Source of the DNA: the human T2T-CHM13v2.0 reference genome, Homo sapiens
Strand: one strand, 5' to 3'
Length of the DNA: 64,000 nucleotides
Assembly (NCBI RefSeq): GCF_009914755.1
Contig: NC_060926.1
The position numbers and the translations under genes were made by a program. Positions 51,501 through 63,060 of this stretch are shown one piece after another (positions within the stretch are counted from its first letter, which is position 1; each line of letters opens with the position of its first letter). The notes under the pieces were generated by a model. The model was not told the DNA's origin. It did not search any database and worked only from the letters and a program-made list of their open reading frames with translations.

Positions 51501-52699
51501 AGCTTGCAATTTACTTAATAAATATAAGAGCATATAAGTAACATTTTTGTTCTTGTTTGCTTAAAAATGCTATGACATATCTCTTAAACATCCTGGGTTT
51601 GGTTTATATTTGCAAAAATAGGAAATAAGCCGTGATATTTTGCTTTTATTTATGATGATGACCTTTTTGTAAAGTATCTCAGTCAGCTCCTGAAGGAGAT
51701 GAGGGCCCTGTGGTTGATACAGAGACTTCTATTTAATGCGTGGTTTCAAATTTAGAACTTCTCTTCAGAAACTATAAATTATTTATGCAGTATCAAGCTT
51801 TTAAAACCCTGTTTATGACAAGTTGGGATTTTGCCAATCTCAGTTGAAACAGCCTAAATTATTTATCTTGTATTGCTTCAATGTACCGTATATTCTGAGG
51901 CCCAAGAAATATTAAATACATTTCATTTTCTTCTCTGCTATGCTGAGGTAGGGGAGGTTAAGCCCTTAGACATTCTTAGAACAATTCTTGGTCTCTGTCT
52001 TCTCTCTGTGTGCTAGGTTTCTTTTTTTACTTTCATATTATGCCTTTTCTTTCATATGAAATTTTCACTTTGTTGAACTTTTTTTTCAAGACCCTTTATC
52101 TCCCATCAGTTATCTTTACTGAATTTCCATACATTGTAACTTCAGTTATAAATGAAAGAATATCTTTGCAAGTAAAGAATTCAGTTGTTTTTAGGTCTCA
52201 ATATCTTGCAGGAGCATGAACAATGAATTACTCTCATTTGATTTTGCTGAAATGTGTGAATCATTAATGATAAACAACAAAAGAGTTCAAGATTTAATTA
52301 AATAGCTAAATTTTGGGAGTTATTTTAATTTAGTTTTAATATATGAACTATGAGATAATGCAGATATAGGGTAGCTTTATTCCATGAATCTTAATCACCT
52401 AAAACTACCAGATTCTAGGAAGTTTGGCATTTCTACTAATTTTGAAAACAGGTGTGAGAAAAAGGACATGTAAACAGTATTTAATTATTATAGCCAGCTT
52501 GCAAATTTTAATAGCCCCATTTCCTTAAGAAACTGCAGAATGGCAAGAATGAACAGTAAACATGCAAATAGCAAATTCTTATATTCAATAGACTGTATGT
52601 ATCATGTTACTAGTAACATTATTTATTCAGCTAGTTTAGATAGTTATTCCCATTTTGAACTTGGAATCTACTCATCAATTGCTCTCAGCAAATGTGATT

Positions 52700-52990
52700 G
52701 GGTGGAGGTCTATTGGGATATGTGAATTAGGCATAGCCAATCAGATCCCCACTTTTCCCTGTTGTCAATGATTAGTTCATGGACACTCAGGTGATGCCAT
52801 CAGAGCCAAAGAAATATCATGAGACTTTTTGGAGACTTCCGAGATAGAGGGAGGTTCTAGAGGGAAATTTTGGGAAGCTGAGATTATGTATTTCTGGAGT
52901 TGCTCAAGTTCTCTAAGGAAGGAGCCTGTCTGTAAATAGAACAGGCAATAGATTTTCTTTCACTTGCAAGAAAAAATTTCTAATTGATAA
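52700..52990 (+). mobile_element. Very old MaLR LTR fragment (MLT1M/N-like)
   Basis: AGCCAATCAGATCCCCA..TGATTAGTTCA; end TTTCTTTCACTTGCAAG..CTAATTGATA. Confidence 0.45.
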
Positions 52991-54086
52991 AAATCATACA
53001 CATAAAACAATAAGCCATATATTTATTGCAGTATGCATGCAGGACTCACTAACAAGCACTCTTATTTATGGATCATTGATTAATAAACATGACAATTATG
53101 TCCACTGTAAACCTAGAGCAATTCCAATTACACACATCTGTTCATTAAATGCAGACAGTAGTTTATACCATGTTTGTATCATATTAAATATAATACTAAC
53201 ATTTAAAATATTTTTTCTTTAGAAATTTTGTGTGTCTGGAGTTTTAACTTTTCATTATAATTGTCTTTATTAGCTCCTAATCTCATATTTATGAAGGATT
53301 GGGATTAGTTGGAATATTGATGAAAAACTGTACATGCAACACAGAGAAAATGATCATAAACACAAAATACTGTGTCAGGAAGCCTATGGATTTTCTGAAG
53401 CCCATACATGGATAAGGGCCCTTGGTCTATCAGAAAATGAACCCTTGAAATTTTTGATTTCTGAGATTTTCTTGAAGTTTTCTTTATTATCTACTATGTG
53501 ATAGATTTTTAGACATTCTAGGGATGCTTGAGAATAATGCGTATTCACTCTTTATAGAATATTGAATCTAAATAAATCAATCTTAATTCAAATTTAATTT
53601 GTAAATATTTGTCATTTTTCTCTTGAACTCATAATGTTTACATATTTTTATGATACTAAGTAATGATTTATAATTGTTATGTATTATTGACTTAACCCCT
53701 TATCTATTTAAAAATAAATAGACCATTAATACCTTTGAAGCTTTTGAGTCTTTAATTTTATAATAATGTAATCACTGCCTTTCTTTTTTTTTGCTTCTAT
53801 TTGCTAATACTTATCTGCCCACACTTTTATTGACATTTCTCTATCATATCATTTTAGAAATGTTGTTAACCACATATAGCTGAAATTTATTTTGAACTGA
53901 ATGACAGTATTTTCCTTTTACCTGAGGAACAGGATTTAGCCTATTTATTACTTTCTGAAATAAGTGATACACTTGATCCTCTGTTTTTATGTTTCTGTTA
54001 GCTGTGTTTTATCTCTTTATAAGGACTATAATTTTATTTTTCTTAAATCTACTGCAGTAGGTATACTCTTTTTTAAAACTTCATGG

Positions 54087-54355
54087 GTTGTTAGCTATTT
54101 CTATATAATAAACTACATTAAAATAGAGTAGCTAAAACAAAGACAGTTATTTAACTCGGATTCAGTAGGCTTGCAATTTAGGGTGAGTTTCAATGGCTCA
54201 GTTGGAATCCTGCATGCACAGAGTAGGGTAGCTCTGCTTCTGGGGTTGGCTGGTTGTCAGCCATGGTGGCAAAGGGACAGCTGAGCCACATTTCATTGAG
54301 CAGGCTCATACTCAAGTTGACTTGACAGCATTATAAAGGAAGGGCAGCTAGTGAG
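54087..54355 (-). mobile_element. MLT1G/H LTR, 3' half
   Basis: GTTAGCTATTTCTATATAATAAACTAC, TTGCAATTTAGGGTGAGTT, GGGGTTGGCTGGTTGTCAGC. Confidence 0.65.
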
Positions 54356-54776
54356 AGGAGCCACGGGTCATGGAGAACAATTTATTGGGAAGCCACTTCC
54401 TGGGATTCAAGCTGGGCCTTAATCAAGGAACATTACTGCCTCTGAGTAGAAATAGTTGCTTGGCTGAATTTTATAATGTCTATGGACCATGACTGTTATA
54501 TGCCTTTAATCCTCCCACTTTTTTGAATGGGAGTATCTCTTGTGGTTATTCTGCCCTGCCTTACTATTGTAGGTAGGGTATATGGGTGACAGACAACTTG
54601 TCTTTTTAGGTCAGAGGCCTCCATGTCAAGAGGAGCTACAATCAGACCAAATACAGATCACAAGATTCTGAACTTTGAGCCTAATGCTGTGATTAGATTA
54701 GACTTCGGGATGACTCCGGAGGTGAGTATATTTTGCCTGTGAGAGGGATGTGAATAATTAAGGCCAGATGTTAGGC
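54356..54776 (+). mobile_element. MLT1 internal 3' end
   Basis: GACAACTTGTCTTTTTAG, GAACTTTGAGCCTAATGCTGTGA, GTGAGTATATTTTGCCTGTGAGAGGGATGTGAATAATT directly before the LTR. Confidence 0.65.
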
Positions 54777-55294
54777 TGTGGCAGATTGTAATATTGGCTG
54801 TAATTATTCACCTCTGGTCTCCATGGTGCTTGGCAACATAATTTTGCAGAATTTCCCACCAGGAGTTAAGAGTTGATTTTTCCACCCTGAAGTCTGGGCT
54901 GGCTTTGTGATTTGCTTTGACCAACAAAATGCAATGGAAGTGAAATCATGTTTCAGGCCTCAAACTTAAGAGGCCTTGCATGTTTTCCAATTGCTCTCTT
55001 GGAAAATTCCTCCACTGGCATATGAAAAAGCATCGACTATCTTACTGGAACATGGGAGACCACATGGAGCAAAGAGGAGCTGTCCTAGCAGAAGCCATCC
55101 TCAAATATTTAGTTCCCCAGCTCACCTGGCAGTTGAACTCAGATGCATTCATGAGGCCAGATGTGAACAAAAGAACTGGCCCGCTGAGCACAATCCAAAT
55201 TGCTCACCCACAGACTCATAAGCTAAATAAATAGTGGTTGTTTTGGCTCAGTAAGTTGTGGGGTGGTTTGTTACATAGTAAAAGTTAACTGATA
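54777..55294 (+). mobile_element. MLT1G/H LTR, full length
   Basis: TGTGGCAGATTG start; GTGATTTGCTTTGACCAACAAAATG; AATAAA; GGGGTGGTTTGTTACATAGTAAAAGTTAACTGATA end. Confidence 0.8.
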
Positions 55295-56094
55295 AGATCT
55301 TTTACTGGTTCTCTTTCACTTTTTCAAAAACACCCCAGAATGTAATACCTTCATCAAATTCAATAAAAATCAAATCACTTTAAACTTCTTGCTATGAATG
55401 TTTAAGTATTTATACACATTTACTTTTAGAGTCAGACTAAAGTTATCATATTTTTATTTCAACCCACATACTTAACTGACATCAGTGTTTCCCACGCAGA
55501 CTTATGTATCCCATTTTCTTAATATTTTATTGCTCATTCAATTAAATACAGTTTATACATATTTTTTAAAAGAAGAGTTAATAGTTGTTTACTTTCATAG
55601 CCCTTTTATGTCTGAGCATGTCTTTCAGTGGCTTTTGTGCACAACTTTAGAAGACAACCACTTTTTTTCATTTCATATAAAAGTTGCTTCACTTTTTTGT
55701 GGCCAGTGTATTGGAGGAGAATGAATTTTAGTTATTTTAAAAAATATCAATTCCATGTATTCTTCCTGAACATTTACAGGCTTACTCCCTTTATTTCTAA
55801 AATACTTTTTTTCAGATGATTTCTAAGCATGGGTCTCTACTCATCAATGTTGCATGCAATATCTTGACTCCTTTTGACTACAAGCTCAGATCATTTTTAT
55901 AGCTTACAAAAATTTTCCTCTCTTAATTTATTGCTTTGGCTCCATTTGTTCTCATTTGCCCTTGCAAATACCTCTTTTCTTAGAATGGATTGCCGTGCTT
56001 TGTCTATCATCTTTGGTGTAATATTTTTTCAACTTTTGTGTACATTCTTCGACAGCTTGTTTGATTTTTATTCTAAATTAGTGATGTATTTTTA

Positions 56095-56546
56095 GTATAT
56101 TATCTCACAGTCTGTGAGTCGGGAATCTAGGCATGGTTTAGCTAGGTCTCCACCTCAAGATTTCTCATAAGGTTGCAATCAAGGTATTGGCAGGAACTGT
56201 CTTCTCATCTGAACTCTTAATCGAAGGAATATATGCTTCCAATCTCACTCCCCTGGTTGGTAGGTTTCAATTCTTTGAGGGCTATTGGCCTGTTCTCTGT
56301 CATGTGGGCAGCTCATCAAATGGCAGCTGTCTTCCCTTGGAGCAATCCGGAGAGCAATAGAGTGGGTGCCTCAGATAAAGCCAAAGTTTCTGCGTAAACT
56401 AATCTGGGAAGTGACATCTCAACACTTCTGTTGTATCCTATTTGTTAGAAGTCAGTAAGTCTGGTCTATGGTCAAACGGATGGGATTACAAAGTGTTACA
56501 ATAGCTCGGGTCAGGGATCACGGGAGTCCATCTCAGGGGCTACCAA
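56095..56546 (-). mobile_element. MLT1E/F LTR
   Basis: TTATCTCACAGTCTGTGAGTCGGGAATCTAGGCATGGTTTAGCT, AGGTTGCAATCAAGGT. Confidence 0.75.
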
Positions 56547-58839
56547 ATGTGGGGATTGTGCTCAGTCACACAATATTACTCTACACTCCTCCTGACTTGT
56601 CCCATATTTAGTCAGATACAATCTTATTTCTAGGTTTTCTATCGGTTACCATCAGGACTTTAAATAATATTCTCAAAACTTTATTCTGTAGTCTTTCACC
56701 TTAAAACAGTTCCTCTTCCCTCTGTGCTATTTAATAGTAGGGTTCCCACACGCCCATCAGGTCTCTTTCTCTGCTTCCACCTCCCAAACTATTGTCATAA
56801 ATTTCAATGTGGACATTGCCAGGGCTCATAGGATTTATATTCTCTTTCAGAATTAAAATTATGCCTTCTGTGACTTGTTGATGAGTTGATTCTGTGAAAT
56901 AAAAATTAATAAACAGATTACTATACAATGAATATGTAAATATTCACTGCAGAATCAGCTCTGGAAATTTTACTATTTCTTTGATAATTTTCATTTCTCT
57001 ATTTCTTTTCCATTATTTGGATATTGGGCCTCTGAGGATTTTTAAAAAATATCTCTTAACTCATATTTTACCTTTTGGGTTTTTGTGTTTTTGCTTTTTT
57101 GCTCTTTATTCTGGGAGATTTTCTTAAGTTTATCTTTTAGCCTTTCTCATGTATTTCAGCAATGTCTTTTAATTTGTGAGACATCTTTTATATTCCACAA
57201 ACCTACACAAGTAGGTTAAATCTATTAAACAGATTAGAAAATATAGGCCTATGAAATTGTTATGACTTAGTTTAATCAAATAATGGAAAAGATGCAGGAA
57301 AAACCATATACATTTTATGTCATGCCCTCTTATATGCTTGAAAAATTCCATTAAAAATTAAAATATCAAGCTCACTTTTGTGTCCTTTAGGCACCACTTA
57401 GAGCTCATTCCTATTTGCTTTTCTTTGTACATTCATCTTGGCTTAAATGATCAGCTTCATGCTAATGACAACTGAATCAATCTATAGCTTTTGGCTTTAT
57501 GCTCTAGTCTGACTCTAGTTTTGATTCCATCAACCTAAAGTATAGTTTCTACCACCTGTCTTGTTACTTCAAACTGTCAAGTTCTCGACTTGTGCCGAGT
57601 CAGACTAATCATCTGGCACCATCATTCTCTCTGTCATATTACCTTAAAACCTTGTGAAGGCTACACTATTTTCAAAGAGTACAAATTCAGATGCATAAAA
57701 TGTAACATTCTTTATTTTTCTATAATGAAATATAATTATATTTTTACCTTATGCATCATTTCTAATAGTAGCAAAATAACCCCAATCATATCTAGAAAAA
57801 TTCAATCACTTTAATGATTTCATAATTATTATATTCAATCAAATTTAGTGATCTCTCACTTATGTTTAACATTTATATTAAATATAAATTACATGTAATA
57901 ACTATAAAATGTAGCTATATATACATATGCATATATTTAGTTATCACTAATATAATATGCTTAATATTTGGTGCCCTTTCTCTCTACTGCAGAGGAACAG
58001 TGTTGATGAGGAGGGGTCCTCATCTTGGTCTTGATCTGTCTCATGCTGTTGTCAGCTGAGATATTGTTATCCTGCCATTATCCTTGATTGTTAGCACAAA
58101 TTCTTTTTGCTAAGATGTCTTTGCTCCCATCACAGTGTGGAAACTGAGGGTCCAATATCACTTTTTGCTGAGATAATTCATCACCAACTCCGACAGATCT
58201 TTGGGCTACAAACTCTCTAAAATATCTCAAATAACTTCTGTTGCTCAAGGACCTCTCTCCAGGGCTGTCAAGATATAGAACCATCATTAAGATCTGTGTG
58301 TCTGAGATAGCACTAACCTCAATGCCATGTGGTGGACAGAAAGGAGTCCATTCATGACTCTATCCTTGAATCTCTAGGGATAAGGGAGGGTGGTACATTC
58401 TTCTGGCTCCTTTTGATCCACAAGGTTTAGGGATGTGGAGGAGACAGAGAAATAGGAGTGGATAGTGTTCAAAGTACTTACTGTAAGTGTCTAACCTATC
58501 TTGTTCCTGTCCAACTTTCTTCTTTCCCAGGGGGATTTGCATGGTGGGGGGTGTGGGGGAGGGCGGTGGCAGAAAAGGAAGCAAGCAAGCTAGAATGGAG
58601 AAAACAAAAAGGTTTCTTAATTTTTTTTTTTGGAAAATATTCTGTGTTATATGCACAATGTAGCTTTATTTTTATTAACTTATTTAAAGCAAAGGATTTG
58701 AGATCTTTTTACTACTATCCCTTTTTGACATCCCAAATGGGTTAATGCCTGCATCATGTCTCCCAGCCCAATCGAAGGTAGGTCCGGGGGTTAATGTGCA
58801 TGAAAAGAAACACATCAGTTAATGCATCATCTACTAAGT

Positions 58840-59700
58840 TTTGACTTTTCTTTCATTTCTTTCTCTTTGTGGATTCTGTATCCAAGATTCAAGACCTCTC
58901 TTTCCTTTAAAATACCTTTTCCTATTTGTCTCTTCCTTTCAATTCTGACAGCTACTGCTCTAGTCCCATGTCAAAAGAGTTACCGAAATGTCCTCTCCTC
59001 AGACCTCCTTGACTCAAGTCTCTTACAATTTGAATCTATCTTCTGTATTGTTAATAGAATACTTTTCTTTAAACATCACTTTTATCATTTTAGTTCTCTA
59101 CTAAAAAAAAAATATAATGGTTGCCAACTGGGTCAAATTCAAAGAAAATTGCTTCACTTGTGAATCCACTGTAATAGGGATGCACTTTATCTTTAAAACC
59201 TTATTTTCCAGTAGTCTCAGCAAGAAATGTTCTAGTTGATTCTTTATTAGTCGTGCTAATTTTTGCCTTAGAACTTATGTGGTATCTTTTGACAGTAGCG
59301 TTGGCCCCTTTTATTTATACCCTAATTCTTACCATCTTTCAAAACCCAGTTCAAGCCTCACCTCCTACCTGATGTCTCTTACCAGGGATGCAATTCACAT
59401 TGATTTCTCTTGCCTTAAATTGGTTCTACCAAAACTTCCCTGCAGATTAGAATCACCTGGAGAGTGGGGGGGTGGCTTTACAAAATTTGCCCATGTTGCA
59501 CTCCACTTGAAATAGGTCAGAGTGCTGAGCAGTGGAATCTAGGCATCAGTATATTTTAAAGATTCTCAGATGATTTCAATGGGCAGCAAAGTTTGGTCAC
59601 CACTGCTTTTTTTTTCTGTGATAGTGTGCTTCAGCTGTGCCATAACTTTGCACTTAGTTATATACTTGGTCGAATATTGGTATCCAGTTCTTTTCAGTAG
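58840..59700 (+). mobile_element. L2 fragment (interrupted by MER5)
   Basis: GCTACTGCTCTAGTCC, CTTTCAAAACCCAGTTCAAGCCTCACCTCCT. Confidence 0.6.
59418..59606. mobile_element. MER5A/B hAT-Charlie MITE
   Basis: CTGCAGATTAGAATCACCTGGAGAG, GGAATCTAGGCATCAGTATATTTTAAAG, end CAAAGTTTGGTCACCACTG. Confidence 0.8.
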
Positions 59701-59762
59701 TCATCTAGATGGCAATATACCAATGGAAAGAAGACAAGTTTTATGCTGATTGAAGTAGAGAC

Positions 59763-61041
59763 TGTTGTTGCTCCACCCAGATTTCCTTATTACTCTACTA
59801 ATACTATGATCTAGTTTTTACTAACAACTTCTGACACCAAATGTGTGGGACTCTTTCCCCCAACATCAAGTTTCCAACTCTCTGCACACCAACTGGTTGT
59901 CCTACAGTTTAACCTGATTCTGACATTAACTACCCAGAATTAGTGCAGACCCCACAGTTGAAGAGCTGATTCCCACAACCCCCACTTCAGAAGCCAGTTG
60001 CAAGTCCAGGGCCTACCATACTTCTGATGACCAGCTATAAGTCAGGTGTTGTCATGACCCCTTTTCAGGGTCAATATATTTGCTAAAATGGCCCACAGAA
60101 CTCAGAGAAGCTCTTTTCTTACTCTTACTGCTGTATTATAAGGTATATTATAAAGGATACAGATGAACAGCCAAATGGAAAAGGTGCACTGGGCAAGGTA
60201 TGGGAAGGGAGGGGTGCAGCACTTCCATGTCCTCTCTGGGCATGCCATCCTCCAGCACCTTGATGTCTTCACCAACCTAGAAGCTCTCTGAACCCCATGT
60301 TCAGTGTTTTTATGGAGCTTGCATTGTTGTATTACATAGACATCACTGAGTCTCCAGCCCCTAATCCCCTCCCAGAGGTCAGGGGGTGGGGCCAATATCA
60401 CATGAGAGGTTCCTCACTGTCAGCTTCCATGCAGAAGCTATCTAGGGACCTATCAAGAGTTGCCTTGTTAGCATAAACTCAGGTGTGATAGAAAGAGGCT
60501 TATTTTGAATAATAAAGGACTCTTCTGTCACACCTATCACTCAGGAAATTCCAAGAGTTTTAGAAACTCTATGCCAGGAACTGGGGACAAAGACCAAATA
60601 TATATTTTCCTTATTATATAACAATATCACAATCTCTTTGCACATCTGCTTTGCCCCTCCTGCAGCCTTGGCATGGTTTTTCTTCCAATGGCCAGCACCT
60701 GTGAACATTCTTTGCTGGCCCAACCAAGCAAATGAAATTAACATATTCATTAGATAAGAACCCAGGCTCCTTATCTAATGAATAATGTGTTTTGGAGCAT
60801 GAGAGCCCAGTTCCTTTGCTTCCAGTTGGGACAAATTTCCTACAGGATACTTGGAGTTCCCTTTAGGACCAGGCTGAGGCTATCCTCTATGGGACTTGGT
60901 CAGAAACACACTATTGCTTGGTTTTGCCTTCCTATTCTGCTTTCCCTACTCCCTTACTTATTTCTCTTGAGAGCACCTTCTTAATCACTTGCTCATGAAT
61001 CTTCATCTCAGAGTCTGCCTCTGGGGAACCCAGCCTAAGAT
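59763..61041 (+). mobile_element. ERVL LTR16-like element interrupted by MER21
   Basis: Start TGTTGTTGCTCCACCCAGAT; end GAATCTTCATCTCAGAGTCTGCCTCTGGGGAACCCAGCCTAAGATA. Confidence 0.7.
59790..60631 (-). mobile_element. MER21 (MER21C-like) LTR
   Basis: ACTTCTGACACCAAATGTGTGGG, TTAGTGCAGACCCCACAG, CAGGAAATTCCAAGAGTTTTAG..GCCAGGAACTGGGGACAAAGACCAAATA. Confidence 0.85.
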
Positions 61042-61668
61042 ACTTATCTCTCTCTCAAAGCATAGTGCTGAGCACATATAAAATTCAATGAAGATTTATT
61101 AGTACAGGGATTTTTGATATAAGTAGAATCACAATTTAATAAAATCTTAGTTGTGAAGGTACTGAAATATAATATATTCAGAGGTTCTCCATAGCATTAT
61201 ATATACTTTCTTAAATGTAAATTTAAATTCCTGGATATCTTGAAATCTCACTTGGCATAGGAAATAATGGACTGGGTAAAATTAATAATATTTATAAAAA
61301 TATTTGACATACAGTTTGGGACCAAGCAGTGTAGTATCAAGGCAATTGCTTGTTATTTTTATACCACAATTGAACAGCACATTGGGAGACCCTGCATTTA
61401 ACCTCACATGATAAGATCTTGAGAGAAGCTTTTTCTCTTGACCTGAAAATAGTGACAAGAACACAAAGATGAAAGTAAACAAGTGTTATGTGATTTTAGG
61501 GACCTTTCATTTCACTCCAAAGCTTAGATAAAGATTCAAGGAAATTGGTGATCTGGGTACAAGAGAGAAGAGTTTTGAGTATGAATTGGCCAATCCAGTT
61601 TTTCCACTCTCAAAGACTGGAGTGCCATACTAGGCCTGTTGAGTCTCAATCCCTTCCTCAAACTTCTG

Positions 61669-61823
61669 CCCTGCCATGTATCACAGGGGAGCTGAACTCT
61701 TCAGGTGTATTTTAGGTTGTATTTGGGTGAAATTACACAACTTAAATTATTTCACCTAAATACAACCTAAAATACACCTGAAGAGTTTGCCCCGCCCCGC
61801 CCCCCACGTGATATGTGGCAGGG
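61669..61823. repeat. Nested long inverted repeat (39-bp inner arms, 16-bp outer arms)
   Basis: 61695-61733 vs 61749-61787 are 38/39 complementary; 61669-61684 vs 61808-61823 are 14/16 complementary. Confidence 0.95.
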
Positions 61824-62047
61824 TGTATTTTAGGTATATTTTAGTATTTCAGGTTGTCCAAGTCAGTTGGCTTCCTGTTGCTCTGGGCCAAGTGTGGAGA
61901 CATTATTGGGACAGCAGAGCACACAAAAGGAAGGGTATTTCTACCACTCTCACTATGCCTCAGATGATGGTAACTCCATCCTCTCTGCAGCCCCAGTTCC
62001 CATCCCCACCACTCAGGCCTACCTGTGGCCTAGCTTCCACCAAGTAG

Positions 62048-62089
62048 CCCTGGGCCCTGGACCCTGGACCCTGGACCCTGGACCCTGGA
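62048..62089. repeat. Heptamer tandem repeat (CCCTGGA)x6
   Basis: CCCTGGG followed by five exact CCCTGGA units. Confidence 0.95.
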
Positions 62090-62169
62090 CCTGTGGGTCC
62101 CTCCAGGTGAAGGTGGCAGTGGCTTTCTGCTGCCATCAATCCAAGGTTTCTTTTTTCTCTCTTGGATCA

Positions 62170-63060
62170 TGATTAATACAACTAGGCAGATTTGGGCTAG
62201 CAGAAGGGAAGCTATAGAGGGACAATTGGGAGGAGAAAGGAGCCCAAAGTCCTCCACATGAAGTGCTTATGGGGTGAGAAGCCTCATACTCCTCCCTTAT
62301 GAGATTGTGGGTGGCACTAAAAGAAGGGAATCAGTATCTTATTTCCCAACTGGCTATTTCCTTAATCAGACGCTGAGTCAGGGAGAAGCAGCCTGTGGAG
62401 AGAAACAAAGAAGGTGGTTGCCATGGAACAGAGAAGATTCTGGCTTTGGAGTGACAAGAATGTACAAATCTCCCAAAGGCTGCGTGGATATGGGGAAAAG
62501 TAGCTGAACCTGAGTCATCTTAGCAGTACTTCCACCTGAGTCCTATTTACAGGCTGTAGATACTCCAGTGGGAAGAGGTTAATGGGGGAAGCTGTAAAGG
62601 GGTAGGAAAGACTGGCTAGAGTTGGATTTACCATGTCAGGGAGACTCTTCAGGGCCTTCTGAACTTACCCAATATCCCCTGAGGTAAGCAGTATTTCGGC
62701 ACAGAGAGGACATCTATTGGTAGCTGGTGTTTTCTAGATGAGCAGCAATACCCAACAGAAAATTCTGCAACAAAAAGAATTGGGTGAAGAGACTATTTTG
62801 TTTCTTCTCCTCTGATCCCACCTCAAGTCATTAAAGAAGCTAGATCTTGATGTGGAGAAAGAAGAGGTTTTGTGCAACCAGACTGGCTTCATGGTTTTGG
62901 AGTCGGGAGGAGGGGCAGGCCAGACCCCTTTGGGTCGCCTGTTTTACAAGCTGAGCTAGGTAAAATTACATGATTTATATGAACTATGACAATGATCAAT
63001 TATCAATGGAATCTGCCTGAGATATCATTCAGGGGCAAGAAAGCAGAAGTTGACCAATCA
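62170..63060. mobile_element. Possible ancient Gypsy-like/ERVL LTR (MamGypLTR/LTR85-88-like)
   Basis: Purine-rich LTR-like text with GGGCCTTCTGAACTTACCCAATATCCCC; weak recall only. Confidence 0.3.

Larger units (their letters stand above)
53400..56090 (-). mobile_element. Degraded L1ME fragments flanking a MaLR insertion
   Basis: TGCTTGAGAATAATGCGTATTC, CACTGCCTTTCTTTT, TTATGTCTGAGCATGTCTTT. Confidence 0.5.

Noticed and set aside
58078-58287. 69-aa minus-strand ORF with plausible composition
   Set aside because: No recognisable domain and no clear splice sites bounding it
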